Under the pieces are notes generated by a model. The model ran no database searches, was not told the DNA's origin, and saw only the letters and a list, made by a program, of their open reading frames with translations. From Nibricoccus sp. (lineage in GTDB: Bacteria > Verrucomicrobiota > Verrucomicrobiia > Opitutales > Opitutaceae), in assembly GCA_047602425.1 (NCBI GenBank), contig JASGHG010000001.1, forward strand, positions 2,816,001 through 2,880,000: a DNA stretch of 64,000 nt. The letters are read 5' to 3'. This document shows, piece after piece, positions 48,621 through 58,276 of the stretch. The position numbers and the translations under genes are program-made. The stretch's first letter is position 1; each line of letters begins with the position of its first letter.

Positions 48621-49449
48621 TTTTTTGGGCGCGGTTCAGGACGCGATTAAGACTACCCGTCTGGTAACCTTCAAGCTCCAGCGTGACATAGCGAAAACCC
48701 ACGGCCTTGATCTCGCGCGAAACGGCGTCGAGCGTGCAGGTATCGAAAAATCCACTACGTTCGCCGGGCGCGACTTCAATGCGAGCGATGTCGCCATGGT
48801 GACGCACGCGGCATTGGCGGAAACCGTGGGAGCGGAGGATTTGTTCGGCACGGTCGATGGCGGTGAGTTTTTCCAAGGTAATGCGTTCGCCGTAGGGCAC
48901 GCGTGAACCGAGGCAGGCGGCGGCGGGTTTATCCCAGGTAGGCAGTCCAAGTTCGCGGGAAAGTGCGCGAATGTCGGCCTTGTGCAGGCCGGCTTCGCGC
49001 AGCGGGCTGCACACGCCGAGTTCGGAAAGAGCCGTCAAGCCGGGGCGATAATCGGATTCGTCGTCGAGATTGGATCCATCGAGCACGACACGGATGCCTT
49101 TTTCGAGAGCGAGCTCGGCGATCCGGCCGAACTCGATTTTTTTGCAAAAATAGCATCGGTTGATCGGATTGGCGGCAATGGGTTCGTCGAGGTCTTTATC
49201 CTCAACCAAGTGGTGTTCGATTCCGGTCAGCGCGGCGATTTCCTTGGCCGTCGCAAGATCGTCCGAGGGCATCATTGGCGACACCATGGTGATCGCTATG
49301 GAATTGTCGCCCACCGCGTCGCGCGCTGCTTTGCAGAGAAAACTGCTGTCGACGCCTCCGGAGAATGCCACGGCCACGCGGCCATGTTTCGTGATGATGG
49401 CGAGAAGTCGCTGATATTTCTCTTCGAGGGAGGAATCGTTTTTGTGCAC
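48613..49449 (-). CDS. larE: Sulfur insertase LarE
   Basis: AFSGGVDS PP-loop, RCYFCK, DYRPG, ACLGSR, RVRHHG; GTG start inferred. Confidence 0.93.
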   Translation of the reverse strand: MHKNDSSLEEKYQRLLAIITKHGRVAVAFSGGVDSSFLCKAARDAVGDNSIAITMVSPMMPSDDLATAKEIAALTGIEHHLVEDKDLDEPIAANPINRCYFCKKIEFGRIAELALEKGIRVVLDGSNLDDESDYRPGLTALSELGVCSPLREAGLHKADIRALSRELGLPTWDKPAAACLGSRVPYGERITLEKLTAIDRAEQILRSHGFRQCRVRHHGDIARIEVAPGERSGFFDTCTLDAVSREIKAVGFRYVTLELEGYQTGSLNRVLNRAQKNG

Positions 49450-49667
49450 GGATAAACTGAGTCGTTCTTTTTGCGCGGCGCAACCGTCGGAAGCCAGTGG
49501 AAATTTCTCTAACACCAGACGCTTCCGAAATCCCCCGCGTAACGTCGTCGCTGTGTTTTTGTTGTGGAAAACGGGCGGTGCCGGGAAACAAGTGTGTTTG
49601 TTGCCGCGGCGTTGCAGAATCGCTCGCCTTTGCGCTGCCCGTGCACATGGTCTGCCCACCAGCCCAC

Positions 49668-50618
49668 ATGCACGTTCCGGATGGATTTATAGATGTGAAA
49701 ACAGCCGTCACTGCCTCCGCGCTCGCGGTGGCTGGACTGGGTGTTGCCCTGCGTCAAGTGCGGCGCGAGCTTCCTGCGCGGCGCGTACCGCTGCTCGGAC
49801 TCGGCGCGGCATTTGTCTTCGCCGCCCAGATGGTGAATTTTCCCGTGGTCGGCGGCACTTCGGGGCATTTGGTTGGCGGGACTTTGATCGCGGCGTTAAT
49901 CGGCGTGCCCGCGGCGGTGGTTGTGATGACTACCGTGTTGATTTCGCAATGCTTTCTTTTTGCCGATGGCGGTGTGACCGCGTTGGGCGTCAATGTTTTT
50001 AACATGGCGGTGCTGGCGCCGGCGGTTGGTTATGTAATTTATCGTGGCGTTGCGCGTTTTATGCCCGGATTGCGCGGGCAACTCACAGGGATCATGTTCG
50101 CTGGTTGGTGTTCGACGGTGGCGGCGGCAATCGCATGTGCCGGTCAACTGGCCTGGTCAAAGACTGTGGCGTGGTCCGCGGCATTTCCTGCGATGGCGGG
50201 CATTCATCTGCTCATTGGGCTGGGCGAGGGAGCGATCAGCGCCCTGGTGTTTTTTGCAGTGGCGAAAGCTCGGCCGGAAATTGTCTCGAGCACGCCAACC
50301 GGGGTCGTGAGCGGTTTTGTCGGTTACGGATTGTTGGCGACATTAGGTGTCGTATTGTTTGCAGCGCCTTTTGCCTGCCCGTGGCCCGATGGGCTCGAAG
50401 CGGTGGCGACAAAACTGGGATTTGAACACGCTGCGACGGAATCGATAAACGCGCCAATGACAGGCTATCTGTTACCAGGAATCGGTTCGTCCGGCGTCGC
50501 GACCGCGCTCGCCGGGATCTCAGGTGCCTTGATCGTGTTTGGCCTCGCGATTTTGCTCAGCCGGCTGCTCGTGAAGCCCCGGTCAACTTCAGAAGAAGCA
50601 GAAATTTCGCAGACATGA
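49668..50618 (+). CDS. nikMN: ECF nickel/cobalt transporter substrate component, NikM fused to NikN (PDGLE)
   Basis: N-terminal MHVPDGF, AFVFAAQMVNFP, GTSGH, FADGG, C-terminal PDGLE. Confidence 0.88.
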   Translation: MHVPDGFIDVKTAVTASALAVAGLGVALRQVRRELPARRVPLLGLGAAFVFAAQMVNFPVVGGTSGHLVGGTLIAALIGVPAAVVVMTTVLISQCFLFADGGVTALGVNVFNMAVLAPAVGYVIYRGVARFMPGLRGQLTGIMFAGWCSTVAAAIACAGQLAWSKTVAWSAAFPAMAGIHLLIGLGEGAISALVFFAVAKARPEIVSSTPTGVVSGFVGYGLLATLGVVLFAAPFACPWPDGLEAVATKLGFEHAATESINAPMTGYLLPGIGSSGVATALAGISGALIVFGLAILLSRLLVKPRSTSEEAEISQT

Positions 50619-51259
50619 GCGGCTTTCACTTCGGCAAAGCGCATACGCCCTACGCGCCGGAATTTCGTCCGACGTCCGGAACGCGCGTGCCACTCGTTGC
50701 AATCGCGCCCGAGTGGAAACTGGCGGCCATGTTGGTCCTGGTGAGCGGCACGGCGCTCATGCCGTTGAAATGGTGGCTCTGGCACGCGGGCGCCGGGCTC
50801 CTTTTAATTGTTGTGGCATTGGCGGGGCGCATCGCAATTCGGCCGCTTTTGTGGCGGTTGCTCTGGTTGTTTCCTTTTGTTGCCGGAGCGGCGCTGGCGT
50901 CGGCCTGGCATGGTGCGACCGGACCGGGCTGGCTCGCCGTGGCGGTGCGGGGTGGTTTGTGTTTGTTTACGGTATTAATTTTCGCCGCCGTAACGCCCTT
51001 TGGCGTCCTGCCCGGAGTGTTGCGCCGAATCGGTGTGCCTGCCTTGTTGGTTACAACGATGGCCTTGATGCACCGTTATCTTTTTGTGCTCGTCGACGAA
51101 TCCGACCGCATGCGTCGCGCACGTGCCTGCCGAACGCTCGCGCCGAAACGCGGTCCTGGTTGGGGTATACCCGCGGACATCATCGGGCGCCTTTTTGTAC
51201 GCGCTTCCGAACGCGCTGAACGGATCTACCTCGCCATGTGCGCACGAGGATGGAAATGA
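50615..51259 (+). CDS. nikQ: ECF transporter T component (CbiQ/NikQ)
   Basis: Hydrophobic; HRYLFVL, RASERAERIYLAMCARG. Confidence 0.85.
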   Translation: MSGFHFGKAHTPYAPEFRPTSGTRVPLVAIAPEWKLAAMLVLVSGTALMPLKWWLWHAGAGLLLIVVALAGRIAIRPLLWRLLWLFPFVAGAALASAWHGATGPGWLAVAVRGGLCLFTVLIFAAVTPFGVLPGVLRRIGVPALLVTTMALMHRYLFVLVDESDRMRRARACRTLAPKRGPGWGIPADIIGRLFVRASERAERIYLAMCARGWK

Positions 51260-52050
51260 AACCTCCAGCACTTGCCCTCGACAAACTCGCTTACCGCTAC
51301 CCGGACGGGACGGTGGCGCTGCACGAAGTAAGTTTTACGATTCAAGCCGGCGAATGCGTGGCATTGCTTGGTTCTAATGGTTCGGGTAAGTCTACCGTAT
51401 TGCTTCACCTCAACGGCATACTGCCTGAAAAACCCGGCTCCTCTGGCGCGGTTTGCGTCGACGGGGAACCTATTACAGCCGCCAATCTGGAGGCCGTGCG
51501 ACGGCAGGTAGGACTGTTGTTCCAGGATCCCGACGACCAGCTTTTCTGCGCAACGGTCGAGGAAGACGTGGCCTTTGGACCGAACCAACTCGGAATCGAC
51601 AAAACCGCCGTGGCGGAACGAGTGCGCCATGCTCTTGCCCAAGTTCGCCTGACCGGCTACGAGCGGCGCACGCCTTACCATCTCAGCCAGGGGGAAAAGC
51701 GTCGAGCCTGCCTCGCCGGTGTGCTTGCGTGCGAGCCTTCGATTTTGGTATTGGATGAACCGACCAGCGGACTCGATCCGCGCGGACGGCGGGAGTTCAT
51801 GACCTTGTTAAACGAAATTCCCGCAACCAAACTCATCGCGACGCACGACCTCGAAATGGTGGTCGACATGTGCACGCGCGCGATCGTGCTCGACGGAGGT
51901 CGCGTCGTAGCCGACGGCCCGACTCTGGAGTTGCTCAACAACGAAGAGCTGATGCTCGCCCACGGCCTCGAACGCCCGCATTCGTTGCACCACCATTTGC
52001 CGATGGAGGAACCTTTTTTTTGGAAACCTCCGCAAAAACCCGAGCCGTAG
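51256..52050 (+). CDS. nikO: ECF transporter ATPase (CbiO/NikO)
   Basis: GSNGSGKS, FQDPDDQLF, DVAFGP, LSQGEKRR, LDEPTSGLD. Confidence 0.88.
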   Translation: MKPPALALDKLAYRYPDGTVALHEVSFTIQAGECVALLGSNGSGKSTVLLHLNGILPEKPGSSGAVCVDGEPITAANLEAVRRQVGLLFQDPDDQLFCATVEEDVAFGPNQLGIDKTAVAERVRHALAQVRLTGYERRTPYHLSQGEKRRACLAGVLACEPSILVLDEPTSGLDPRGRREFMTLLNEIPATKLIATHDLEMVVDMCTRAIVLDGGRVVADGPTLELLNNEELMLAHGLERPHSLHHHLPMEEPFFWKPPQKPEP

Positions 52051-52088
52051 ATAGCGCCCTCGATTCCCCGCCTCCTGCCGCCTTTGGT

Positions 52089-52174
52089 TGGTGCCCCCGG
52101 CCGGACTCGAACCGGCACGTCCTTTCGGACAAGGGATTTTAAGTCCCCAGCGTCTACCATTCCGCCACGGGGGC
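52089..52174 (-). tRNA. tRNA-Leu (TAA)
   Basis: Reverse complement GCCCCCGTGGCGGAATGGTAGACGC...CTTAAAA...long variable arm...GGTTCGAGTCC...GGGGGCACCA. Confidence 0.95.
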
Positions 52175-52281
52175 GGGCACACGGCATCGAATTTCACGGA
52201 GAGCGCGCGGACGTCAATCGGCTTGTTTGTTGAATGAAAACTACCTTGCGGCCCGCCGCGGGTCCGGCAACCGTCCGGCCT

Positions 52282-52860
52282 GTGAAGATCGGATTTCTTG
52301 GGGGCAGTTTCGACCCCGTTCATTTTGGACACCTCATCGCCGCGCAAGACGCCGTCGAGCAGTACCAGCTTGAACGCCTGATATTGGTGCCCGCCTCTCA
52401 GGCCCCGCTAAAACCGAACGATGTGCAATCCTCCAATGACGATCGCCTCGCCATGTTGCGCGCTGCCACGGAATGGGATCATCGCTTTGAAATCTCCGAC
52501 TTCGAACTTCGCAAAGGCGGAATGAGCTACACGGTCGATTCGGCGCGGCACTTTCGCGCTCAATTTCCGAATGACCAGTTGTTTTGGATCATCGGTGGCG
52601 ACCAGTTGCCGAAGTTGCATCTTTGGCGCGAAATCGAGGAGTTGGCGCAGCTGGTAGAATTTATTTTCCTCGAACGCCCCGGTCATCCCGTCAAGGCCAC
52701 GCCGGCCATCCCGGGCCTGCGACTGCACCGTTGCGACGGCCATTTAGTCGAAATCAGTTCGACTGAGCTACGTGAACGCGTTCGCCGCGGCCTTTCGCTT
52801 GACTACTTTGTCCCTCACAAGGCGATTGTGCACATCCATCAAAAGCGTCTATATCGCTGA
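52282..52860 (+). CDS. nadD: Nicotinate-nucleotide adenylyltransferase
   Basis: GGSFDPVHFGH, SYTVD, WIIGGD, ISSTELR; alternative ATG at 52234. Confidence 0.95.
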   Translation: MKIGFLGGSFDPVHFGHLIAAQDAVEQYQLERLILVPASQAPLKPNDVQSSNDDRLAMLRAATEWDHRFEISDFELRKGGMSYTVDSARHFRAQFPNDQLFWIIGGDQLPKLHLWREIEELAQLVEFIFLERPGHPVKATPAIPGLRLHRCDGHLVEISSTELRERVRRGLSLDYFVPHKAIVHIHQKRLYR

Positions 52861-52867
52861 AAACCGC

Positions 52868-53344
52868 ATGAAATCCAAAAAATCGAAATCGTCCCTGCCG
52901 CCGCTGCTCAAAGAAATCTGCCAGACCCTCGACGAGAAAAAGGCCGGGGATCTCAAGGTCCTCAGCGTTAGCGCCCAGTCTTCGATTACCGATTATCTCG
53001 TGTTGGGCACCGGTACTTCCGAGCCGCACCTCCGCGCGCTGCGTGTGGAACTGGAAAAAGTGATCGATCGCGCCGGAGTGCGTATTATCGGCATGGATAC
53101 CGATCAAGGCAGCGGCTGGCTGGTCGTCGACGCTTTCGATATCATGGTGCATATCTTCACGGCGGAAAACCGTAAGAAATACGCCTTGGAAAACCTTTGG
53201 AAAGACGCCGAGGATCTTCCTCTCTCGACGGTGCTCGCGGTGGAGAAAAAAGCCGCGATAAAACCTGCTCGCAAGTCCGCGCCCAAAGTTGCCAAAAAAG
53301 CCACCGCGACGCCGCCGAAACGCAAAACCGGACGTTCGAAATAA
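52868..53344 (+). CDS. rsfS: Ribosome silencing factor with Lys/Ala-rich tail
   Basis: DEKKA, ITDYLVLGTG, WLVVD, MVHIF, YALENLW; follows nadD. Confidence 0.92.
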   Translation: MKSKKSKSSLPPLLKEICQTLDEKKAGDLKVLSVSAQSSITDYLVLGTGTSEPHLRALRVELEKVIDRAGVRIIGMDTDQGSGWLVVDAFDIMVHIFTAENRKKYALENLWKDAEDLPLSTVLAVEKKAAIKPARKSAPKVAKKATATPPKRKTGRSK

Positions 53345-53405
53345 ATGAGCCGACTTACGACGCAGGATTGTCGGTGCGTTGAGGTTTCGTTTTAGCCAAG
53401 AAATC

Positions 53406-55601
53406 ATGCTCTGGTTGTTTGTCCTGACGGTTTTCACGAGCGCGGCCCTCATATTTTCGGTTCAACCGATGTATGCCCGGCTTGTACTGCCCCTCTTGGG
53501 CGGATCCCCGGCGGTCTGGAACACCGTTGTCACATTTTTCCAGGCCGTTTTGCTGCTAGGCTACGGTTATGTGCACTTTATGACCAAACGGCTGGGACTG
53601 CGCCAGCAGTTGTTAGTGCACGCGTTGGTTTTGGCGGTCCCGCTCGTGTTTTTGCCGGTCGTTCTTCCGGATGGAGCCACTCCCCCCGCGGACTCCCATC
53701 CGATTCTTTGGATTTACCGATTAATGGCGGTTACAGTCGGGATTCCTTTTTTTGCGCTTTCGGCCACCGCGCCTCTGCTGCAACGATGGTTTGCCCAAGC
53801 GAGGCACGAACGCTCCAAGGATCCGTATTTTTTGTATGTCGCCAGCAACGCCGGCAGCCTGCTGGCCCTTCTGAGCTATCCATGCGTAATCGAGCCAAAT
53901 CTCGGCTTGGCAAATCAAGCACTCTGGTGGATGCGCGGCTATTGGATTTTAGTTTCTTTGGTCGGGTTGAGTGCCGCAATGGTGTGGGTGAAACGCAGTC
54001 CATTGGACTCCGCCTCGGAAGCAACGTTGGCCCCGGTACCGGAGGTTTCGGCTGAGCCCGTTCGTTGGGAACAGCGGTGGCGATGGGTATTCTTCGCTTT
54101 TGTTCCATCCAGCCTGATGCTCGGGACCACCACATTTATCTCCAGCGAAGTCGCCGCGATTCCGTTGATGTGGATCGTACCGCTCGCGCTCTATTTGCTG
54201 ACCTACATTCTTGCTTTTGCGCAGCGGCAATTTGTTTCGGCGAAGCGCCTCCAAAAGGCCCAAATTTTTTGTCTCATTGCGGTTGCTGTATTGATCAATA
54301 TGCAGGCGACGCAGCCGCTCCTGCCCTTGATGATTATTCATCTGGTGAACTTTTTTGTATCGGCATGGGTCTGCCATGCCTTGCTCGCTGCCAGCCGCCC
54401 AACTCCAACTCATCTGACGGAGTTTTATCTCTGGATGTGTTTCGGCGGCGTACTGGGCGGAATCTTTAACAGCCTGGTGGCCCCGATCGTCTTCTCGTCG
54501 GTGCTGGAATATCCCCTGGCGATAGTGCTTGTCTGCTTTGCGGTGTGGTGGGGAAGTGGCAAAAAAGAGAAATTCAATCGTGGCGACTGGCTTTGGCCGC
54601 TGGTTCTTTTTATTGGATCGGCAGTTTTTGGATGTTCATTTTCGTCCCTGCCGGAAGATCAAGCCGCCCTCTACGGGCTTGTATTTGGCCTGCCGGCGCT
54701 GGCCTGTTTCTTTTTTTCCGAAAGACCGTTCAGGTTCGCGTGGGGAGTGGCGGCGATTTTTGCCGCTGGAACCTTTTATGATCTCCAACCAGGCAAAGTG
54801 CTGCATGTGGAACGCAGTTTTTTTGGGGTGAACCGGGTGACGCTGGAACCTCAGGGTCCCTATCATCTGCTGTTTCACGGACGGACCCTGCATGGTATGC
54901 AGAGTTTGGATGTTTCGCGGCGACGTGAAGCACTAACCTATTACCATGCAACCGGACCGATAGGTGAAGTGTTTGGAAAGTACGGACAAGACAAGAACTT
55001 GCGCGTGGGTTTGGTGGGTCTGGGCGCTGGATCGCTGGCCACGTACGCACGGCCTGGCCAATCTTGGACGTTTTACGAGATTGATCCTGTGGTTGAAGCG
55101 ATAGCTCGTAATCGTAAGTATTTCAGCTACTTAAGCGACGCGAAGGCACCAATTCCGGTCAAGCTGGGCGATGCGCGGGTTAACCTCGCCCTCGCCCAGA
55201 ATGGTAGTTTCCAAATGTTGGTGTTGGATGCCTACAGCTCGGATGCCATTCCCATTCATTTGGTTACGCGCGAAGCATTCCTCCTTTATCTCCAAAAATT
55301 GGCTCCGAAGGGGATCATTGCCATTCACATTTCAAACCTTCATCTCGATCTGGAACCCACTTTTGCCAATGTGGCTCATGATCTTGGGCTTGTAGCTTAC
55401 TACTGCGATGACACAGGGATTACCGAAGCGCAGTCCAAACAGGGCAAATCGCCCTCCCAGTGGTTGATCATGGCTCGGCAGGAGGCTGATGTAGCGCTGC
55501 TTGTCGCGGAAGCGCGGTGGGAAAAGGCCCGAACCAATCCCAGCGACAACGTCTGGACCGATGATTATTCAAGTATTTGGAGCGTGTTCTCGTGGCACTA
55601 A
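53406..55601 (+). CDS. Fused multi-TM / spermidine-synthase-like SAM-fold protein
   Basis: LLGGSPAVWN, many TM segments, HGRTLHG, GLGAGSL, YEIDP, GDAR, LDAYSSD, WTDDYS. Confidence 0.85.
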   Translation: MLWLFVLTVFTSAALIFSVQPMYARLVLPLLGGSPAVWNTVVTFFQAVLLLGYGYVHFMTKRLGLRQQLLVHALVLAVPLVFLPVVLPDGATPPADSHPILWIYRLMAVTVGIPFFALSATAPLLQRWFAQARHERSKDPYFLYVASNAGSLLALLSYPCVIEPNLGLANQALWWMRGYWILVSLVGLSAAMVWVKRSPLDSASEATLAPVPEVSAEPVRWEQRWRWVFFAFVPSSLMLGTTTFISSEVAAIPLMWIVPLALYLLTYILAFAQRQFVSAKRLQKAQIFCLIAVAVLINMQATQPLLPLMIIHLVNFFVSAWVCHALLAASRPTPTHLTEFYLWMCFGGVLGGIFNSLVAPIVFSSVLEYPLAIVLVCFAVWWGSGKKEKFNRGDWLWPLVLFIGSAVFGCSFSSLPEDQAALYGLVFGLPALACFFFSERPFRFAWGVAAIFAAGTFYDLQPGKVLHVERSFFGVNRVTLEPQGPYHLLFHGRTLHGMQSLDVSRRREALTYYHATGPIGEVFGKYGQDKNLRVGLVGLGAGSLATYARPGQSWTFYEIDPVVEAIARNRKYFSYLSDAKAPIPVKLGDARVNLALAQNGSFQMLVLDAYSSDAIPIHLVTREAFLLYLQKLAPKGIIAIHISNLHLDLEPTFANVAHDLGLVAYYCDDTGITEAQSKQGKSPSQWLIMARQEADVALLVAEARWEKARTNPSDNVWTDDYSSIWSVFSWH

Positions 55602-55816
55602 TTTTCTGATTCAGCGCGCTCCGCGACACTGAGGTTTTCTGGGCGAACCATTTGATTTATCTGGGTAATTGACCTTACTAAGTCGTTGTCGATTTGCAGC
55701 ATTTACAGTTAATTGACCTGCTTTACGCTTGTTCTGCGAAGTCGTGTTGCCGATACTTTGCGAACTGCTCACCCCTGAGCGTTCATATCATACCGTTAAT
55801 ATAATATTCGAATACT

Positions 55817-56317
55817 ATGAAAATCCAACGTTCCACCAAGGGCTTTACCCTTGTCGAAATCATGATCGTGGTGGTCATCATCGACCTCCTCGCCGCCATG
55901 GCCATCCCCGCCTTCCAAAAAGTCCGTCGTCAGTCCTACGCCAAATCAATGGCCAATGACGCACGTCAGGTTGGCAATGCGCTGCAGCAGATTTATATGT
56001 CCGCTCCTGCGGGCGCGCTGGCAGACAGCCAAGCCATTACTTATAGCTCGATTACGGGCGTTATTTCTTGTGGTGTCAACGACCCCACAACCGGTCGCGA
56101 CTACTTGTCGCAGCTGGTAGCGCAAATCGGGAAAGGTTATACGATGTCTGCCAACTATAATTCGACTGTAGCACCGGGCGCAGCGGCGTTTACCTTGCTG
56201 CACCAGCGTGTTGCCCCAGCCGAAGTTGTCGGTAGTACGCAAAGCGCGTTTGCCGGTAACCAGGTCACCACGACCGGTTCGGTTGTTTCCTTCGACACCG
56301 AAGGCAAGCCACTCTGA
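55817..56317 (+). CDS. Type IV pilin (class III signal peptide)
   Basis: KG/FTLVEIMIVVVIIDLLAAMAIPAF; 166 aa; own terminator. Confidence 0.9.
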   Translation: MKIQRSTKGFTLVEIMIVVVIIDLLAAMAIPAFQKVRRQSYAKSMANDARQVGNALQQIYMSAPAGALADSQAITYSSITGVISCGVNDPTTGRDYLSQLVAQIGKGYTMSANYNSTVAPGAAAFTLLHQRVAPAEVVGSTQSAFAGNQVTTTGSVVSFDTEGKPL

Positions 56318-56348
56318 TATCTAGGCAAGAAAGTTTTATATAAACATG

Positions 56349-56383
56349 GGCCACGCGAGGTTAACTCGTGTGGCCTTTTTCTT
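56349..56383 (+). terminator. Intrinsic terminator after pilin
   Basis: GGCCACGCGAG-GTTAA-CTCGTGTGGCC-TTTTT. Confidence 0.8.
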
Positions 56384-56416
56384 TACCTTATCAGGCTGGT
56401 TATTCAGTTTTTTGCC

Positions 56417-58273
56417 ATGCGTATCGTTTGGAAGAAGTTATTCGTTCTTGGATTGATAAGTTTGGCTGTATTGCTTTGCCGGTTTGTTTTTATATCGAAG
56501 GCCAATGCGGCCTCTATTACCATCTACTGGGGCTATTGGATTATGCTTGCGGGAGCGTGCATCTACCTTGGTGTTTTTTGGCGTTTTTTTAAGGGTAAAA
56601 GTATAGTCCGCATATTAGTTAGGCATCGACTCGGCATAGTGGCTGCTCTGCTGGGCACAATTTTCCTGCAGGTACACGAGCCACACAGGTTCAAGGTGTT
56701 GTACGATGAATTCACCATCTCCGGCGTTGCCCGGAGTATGCACTACACACGTACGGCGGTATTTCCCACTCGCGCACATAATCTACAGAATGAATTGCTC
56801 GTAATGGATGTAGCCATTGATAAACGACCTCTCTTTTTTCAGCTCATACTTGCGACAATACACGACCTGACGGGCTACCGTCCTAGCAATGTATTTGCCC
56901 TGAATGCAGGAGCGACGTTCCTTCTTTTATTACTAACTTATTGGTTAGCTCAAAAGTGGATAAACTGGCAGGCTGGCATTTTTGCAGTCGCGTGTTGGTT
57001 GACATTACCACTTCTGGCTCAGGCAAGCACATCCGCGGGTTATGACGTGTTCAACTTGGCCATGATGATGTTGCTGTTATATTTCTCAGCGACGTACCTT
57101 CGCGACGGTGGCGTGGTGAACCAATCATTACTCATTTTAACCGCAGTGCACCTAGCACAAGTACGTTACGAATCCATTCTGTTCGTTATACCTACAGCCT
57201 TGGTGATTATATTGCGGTGGTGGCGTAGCAAAGAGCTCGAACTTGGGTGGATCGGTGTATTTGCCCCTATTTTCCTACTACTGCCTCTGTTGATCAACTT
57301 GATTTTTGTTGAAACAAAGGCATTCCATCAAACGGTTGAGGGGCAGAATTATTTTGATGTAATAAACTTGGTAGGGAATGCCGAACGCGCGGTTTTTTAC
57401 CTTTTCAATGTTAATTTGCGTGTGACCAATTCAGTTTTTCTTGCCGCAGCCGGTATTGTTGCCCTGATATTTTTTTATGTCAGGAGTTTCAGGAATTGGA
57501 GAGAGCTTGGTCGTTCTGGTGAGGATATCGTGGTTTTGATGATGAGCGTGGTGGTTGTTGGGAACTTTGGTCTTATCCTATGCAACTTTTGGGGGCAGCT
57601 GGATGATCCCACTGCGTCGAGATTTTCACTTCCGTTCCACCTCCTTTTGATACTCGCAATACTTTTTATAGTTCGTGAAATTAGGCGTTTTAAGGCGTTT
57701 CCAAGCTACTGGTATATGATCGTCGCTTTTCCGCTAGCATTTGCCGCGTCAATTTCGGCTTGGGGTTCGGCCACAACTACCCTGTGGCAGGGGAATGAAA
57801 TGGACTGGCTTTTTAGTGTTCTCAGGGAGCCCCAGCATCGAGGGGCGCTCGTGATTGCCCATCCAGTCGGACCGATATTGTACAATTACCCTAGTGTATC
57901 CCTGCCGACCGCCGAGAGGGATAAATGGAAGATAAGCGAATGTTTGAAGGGTAATTTCTATCCGGAGATTCTTGTCCTAGAGCGTTTCACCCTAAATCTA
58001 CAAACCATGGAGGAAGTACCATATGGAGTGGACAGAATTTATGACATCAAGAAGGACAAGCTTACGGGTGATAATATGACTGCATTGAGTGGCGCGTTTC
58101 GCAGGGAAAAGGTCGCAGAGATTCGAAGCCGTCCCAATGTTATAACCCGAATTAGTAGAATCACAGGGGTTGATGAGGAAAGCGCCCGCCGCCCCGAGCC
58201 GTTCAGTAAAGCAGGACCTCCATTCAAGGGGTTAAACGAATACAATCAATATATATACGACTCGCTTCCGTAG
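56417..58273 (+). CDS. Polytopic membrane protein, probable GT-C (PMT/ArnT-like) glycosyltransferase
   Basis: Many TM segments; DE dyad in first loop (KVLYDE); KRPLFF; QVRYE; RF motif. Confidence 0.65.
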   Translation: MRIVWKKLFVLGLISLAVLLCRFVFISKANAASITIYWGYWIMLAGACIYLGVFWRFFKGKSIVRILVRHRLGIVAALLGTIFLQVHEPHRFKVLYDEFTISGVARSMHYTRTAVFPTRAHNLQNELLVMDVAIDKRPLFFQLILATIHDLTGYRPSNVFALNAGATFLLLLLTYWLAQKWINWQAGIFAVACWLTLPLLAQASTSAGYDVFNLAMMMLLLYFSATYLRDGGVVNQSLLILTAVHLAQVRYESILFVIPTALVIILRWWRSKELELGWIGVFAPIFLLLPLLINLIFVETKAFHQTVEGQNYFDVINLVGNAERAVFYLFNVNLRVTNSVFLAAAGIVALIFFYVRSFRNWRELGRSGEDIVVLMMSVVVVGNFGLILCNFWGQLDDPTASRFSLPFHLLLILAILFIVREIRRFKAFPSYWYMIVAFPLAFAASISAWGSATTTLWQGNEMDWLFSVLREPQHRGALVIAHPVGPILYNYPSVSLPTAERDKWKISECLKGNFYPEILVLERFTLNLQTMEEVPYGVDRIYDIKKDKLTGDNMTALSGAFRREKVAEIRSRPNVITRISRITGVDEESARRPEPFSKAGPPFKGLNEYNQYIYDSLP

Positions 58274-58276
58274 CGG

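Noticed and set aside
49450..49667. Possible cobalamin or NiCo riboswitch, or NikR site, between larE and nikMN
   Set aside because: Only fragments (AAACTGAG, GGTGCCGGGAA); no B12 box, four-way junction or GTATGA-N16-TCATAC seen; an Rfam scan would decide
52089..52174. tRNA-Leu or tRNA-Gly as island integration sites
   Set aside because: No duplicated tRNA 3' end or integrase seen in the window
55747..55761. Sigma54-like motif upstream of pilin (TTGCCGATACTTTGC)
   Set aside because: Lacks the invariant GG at -24
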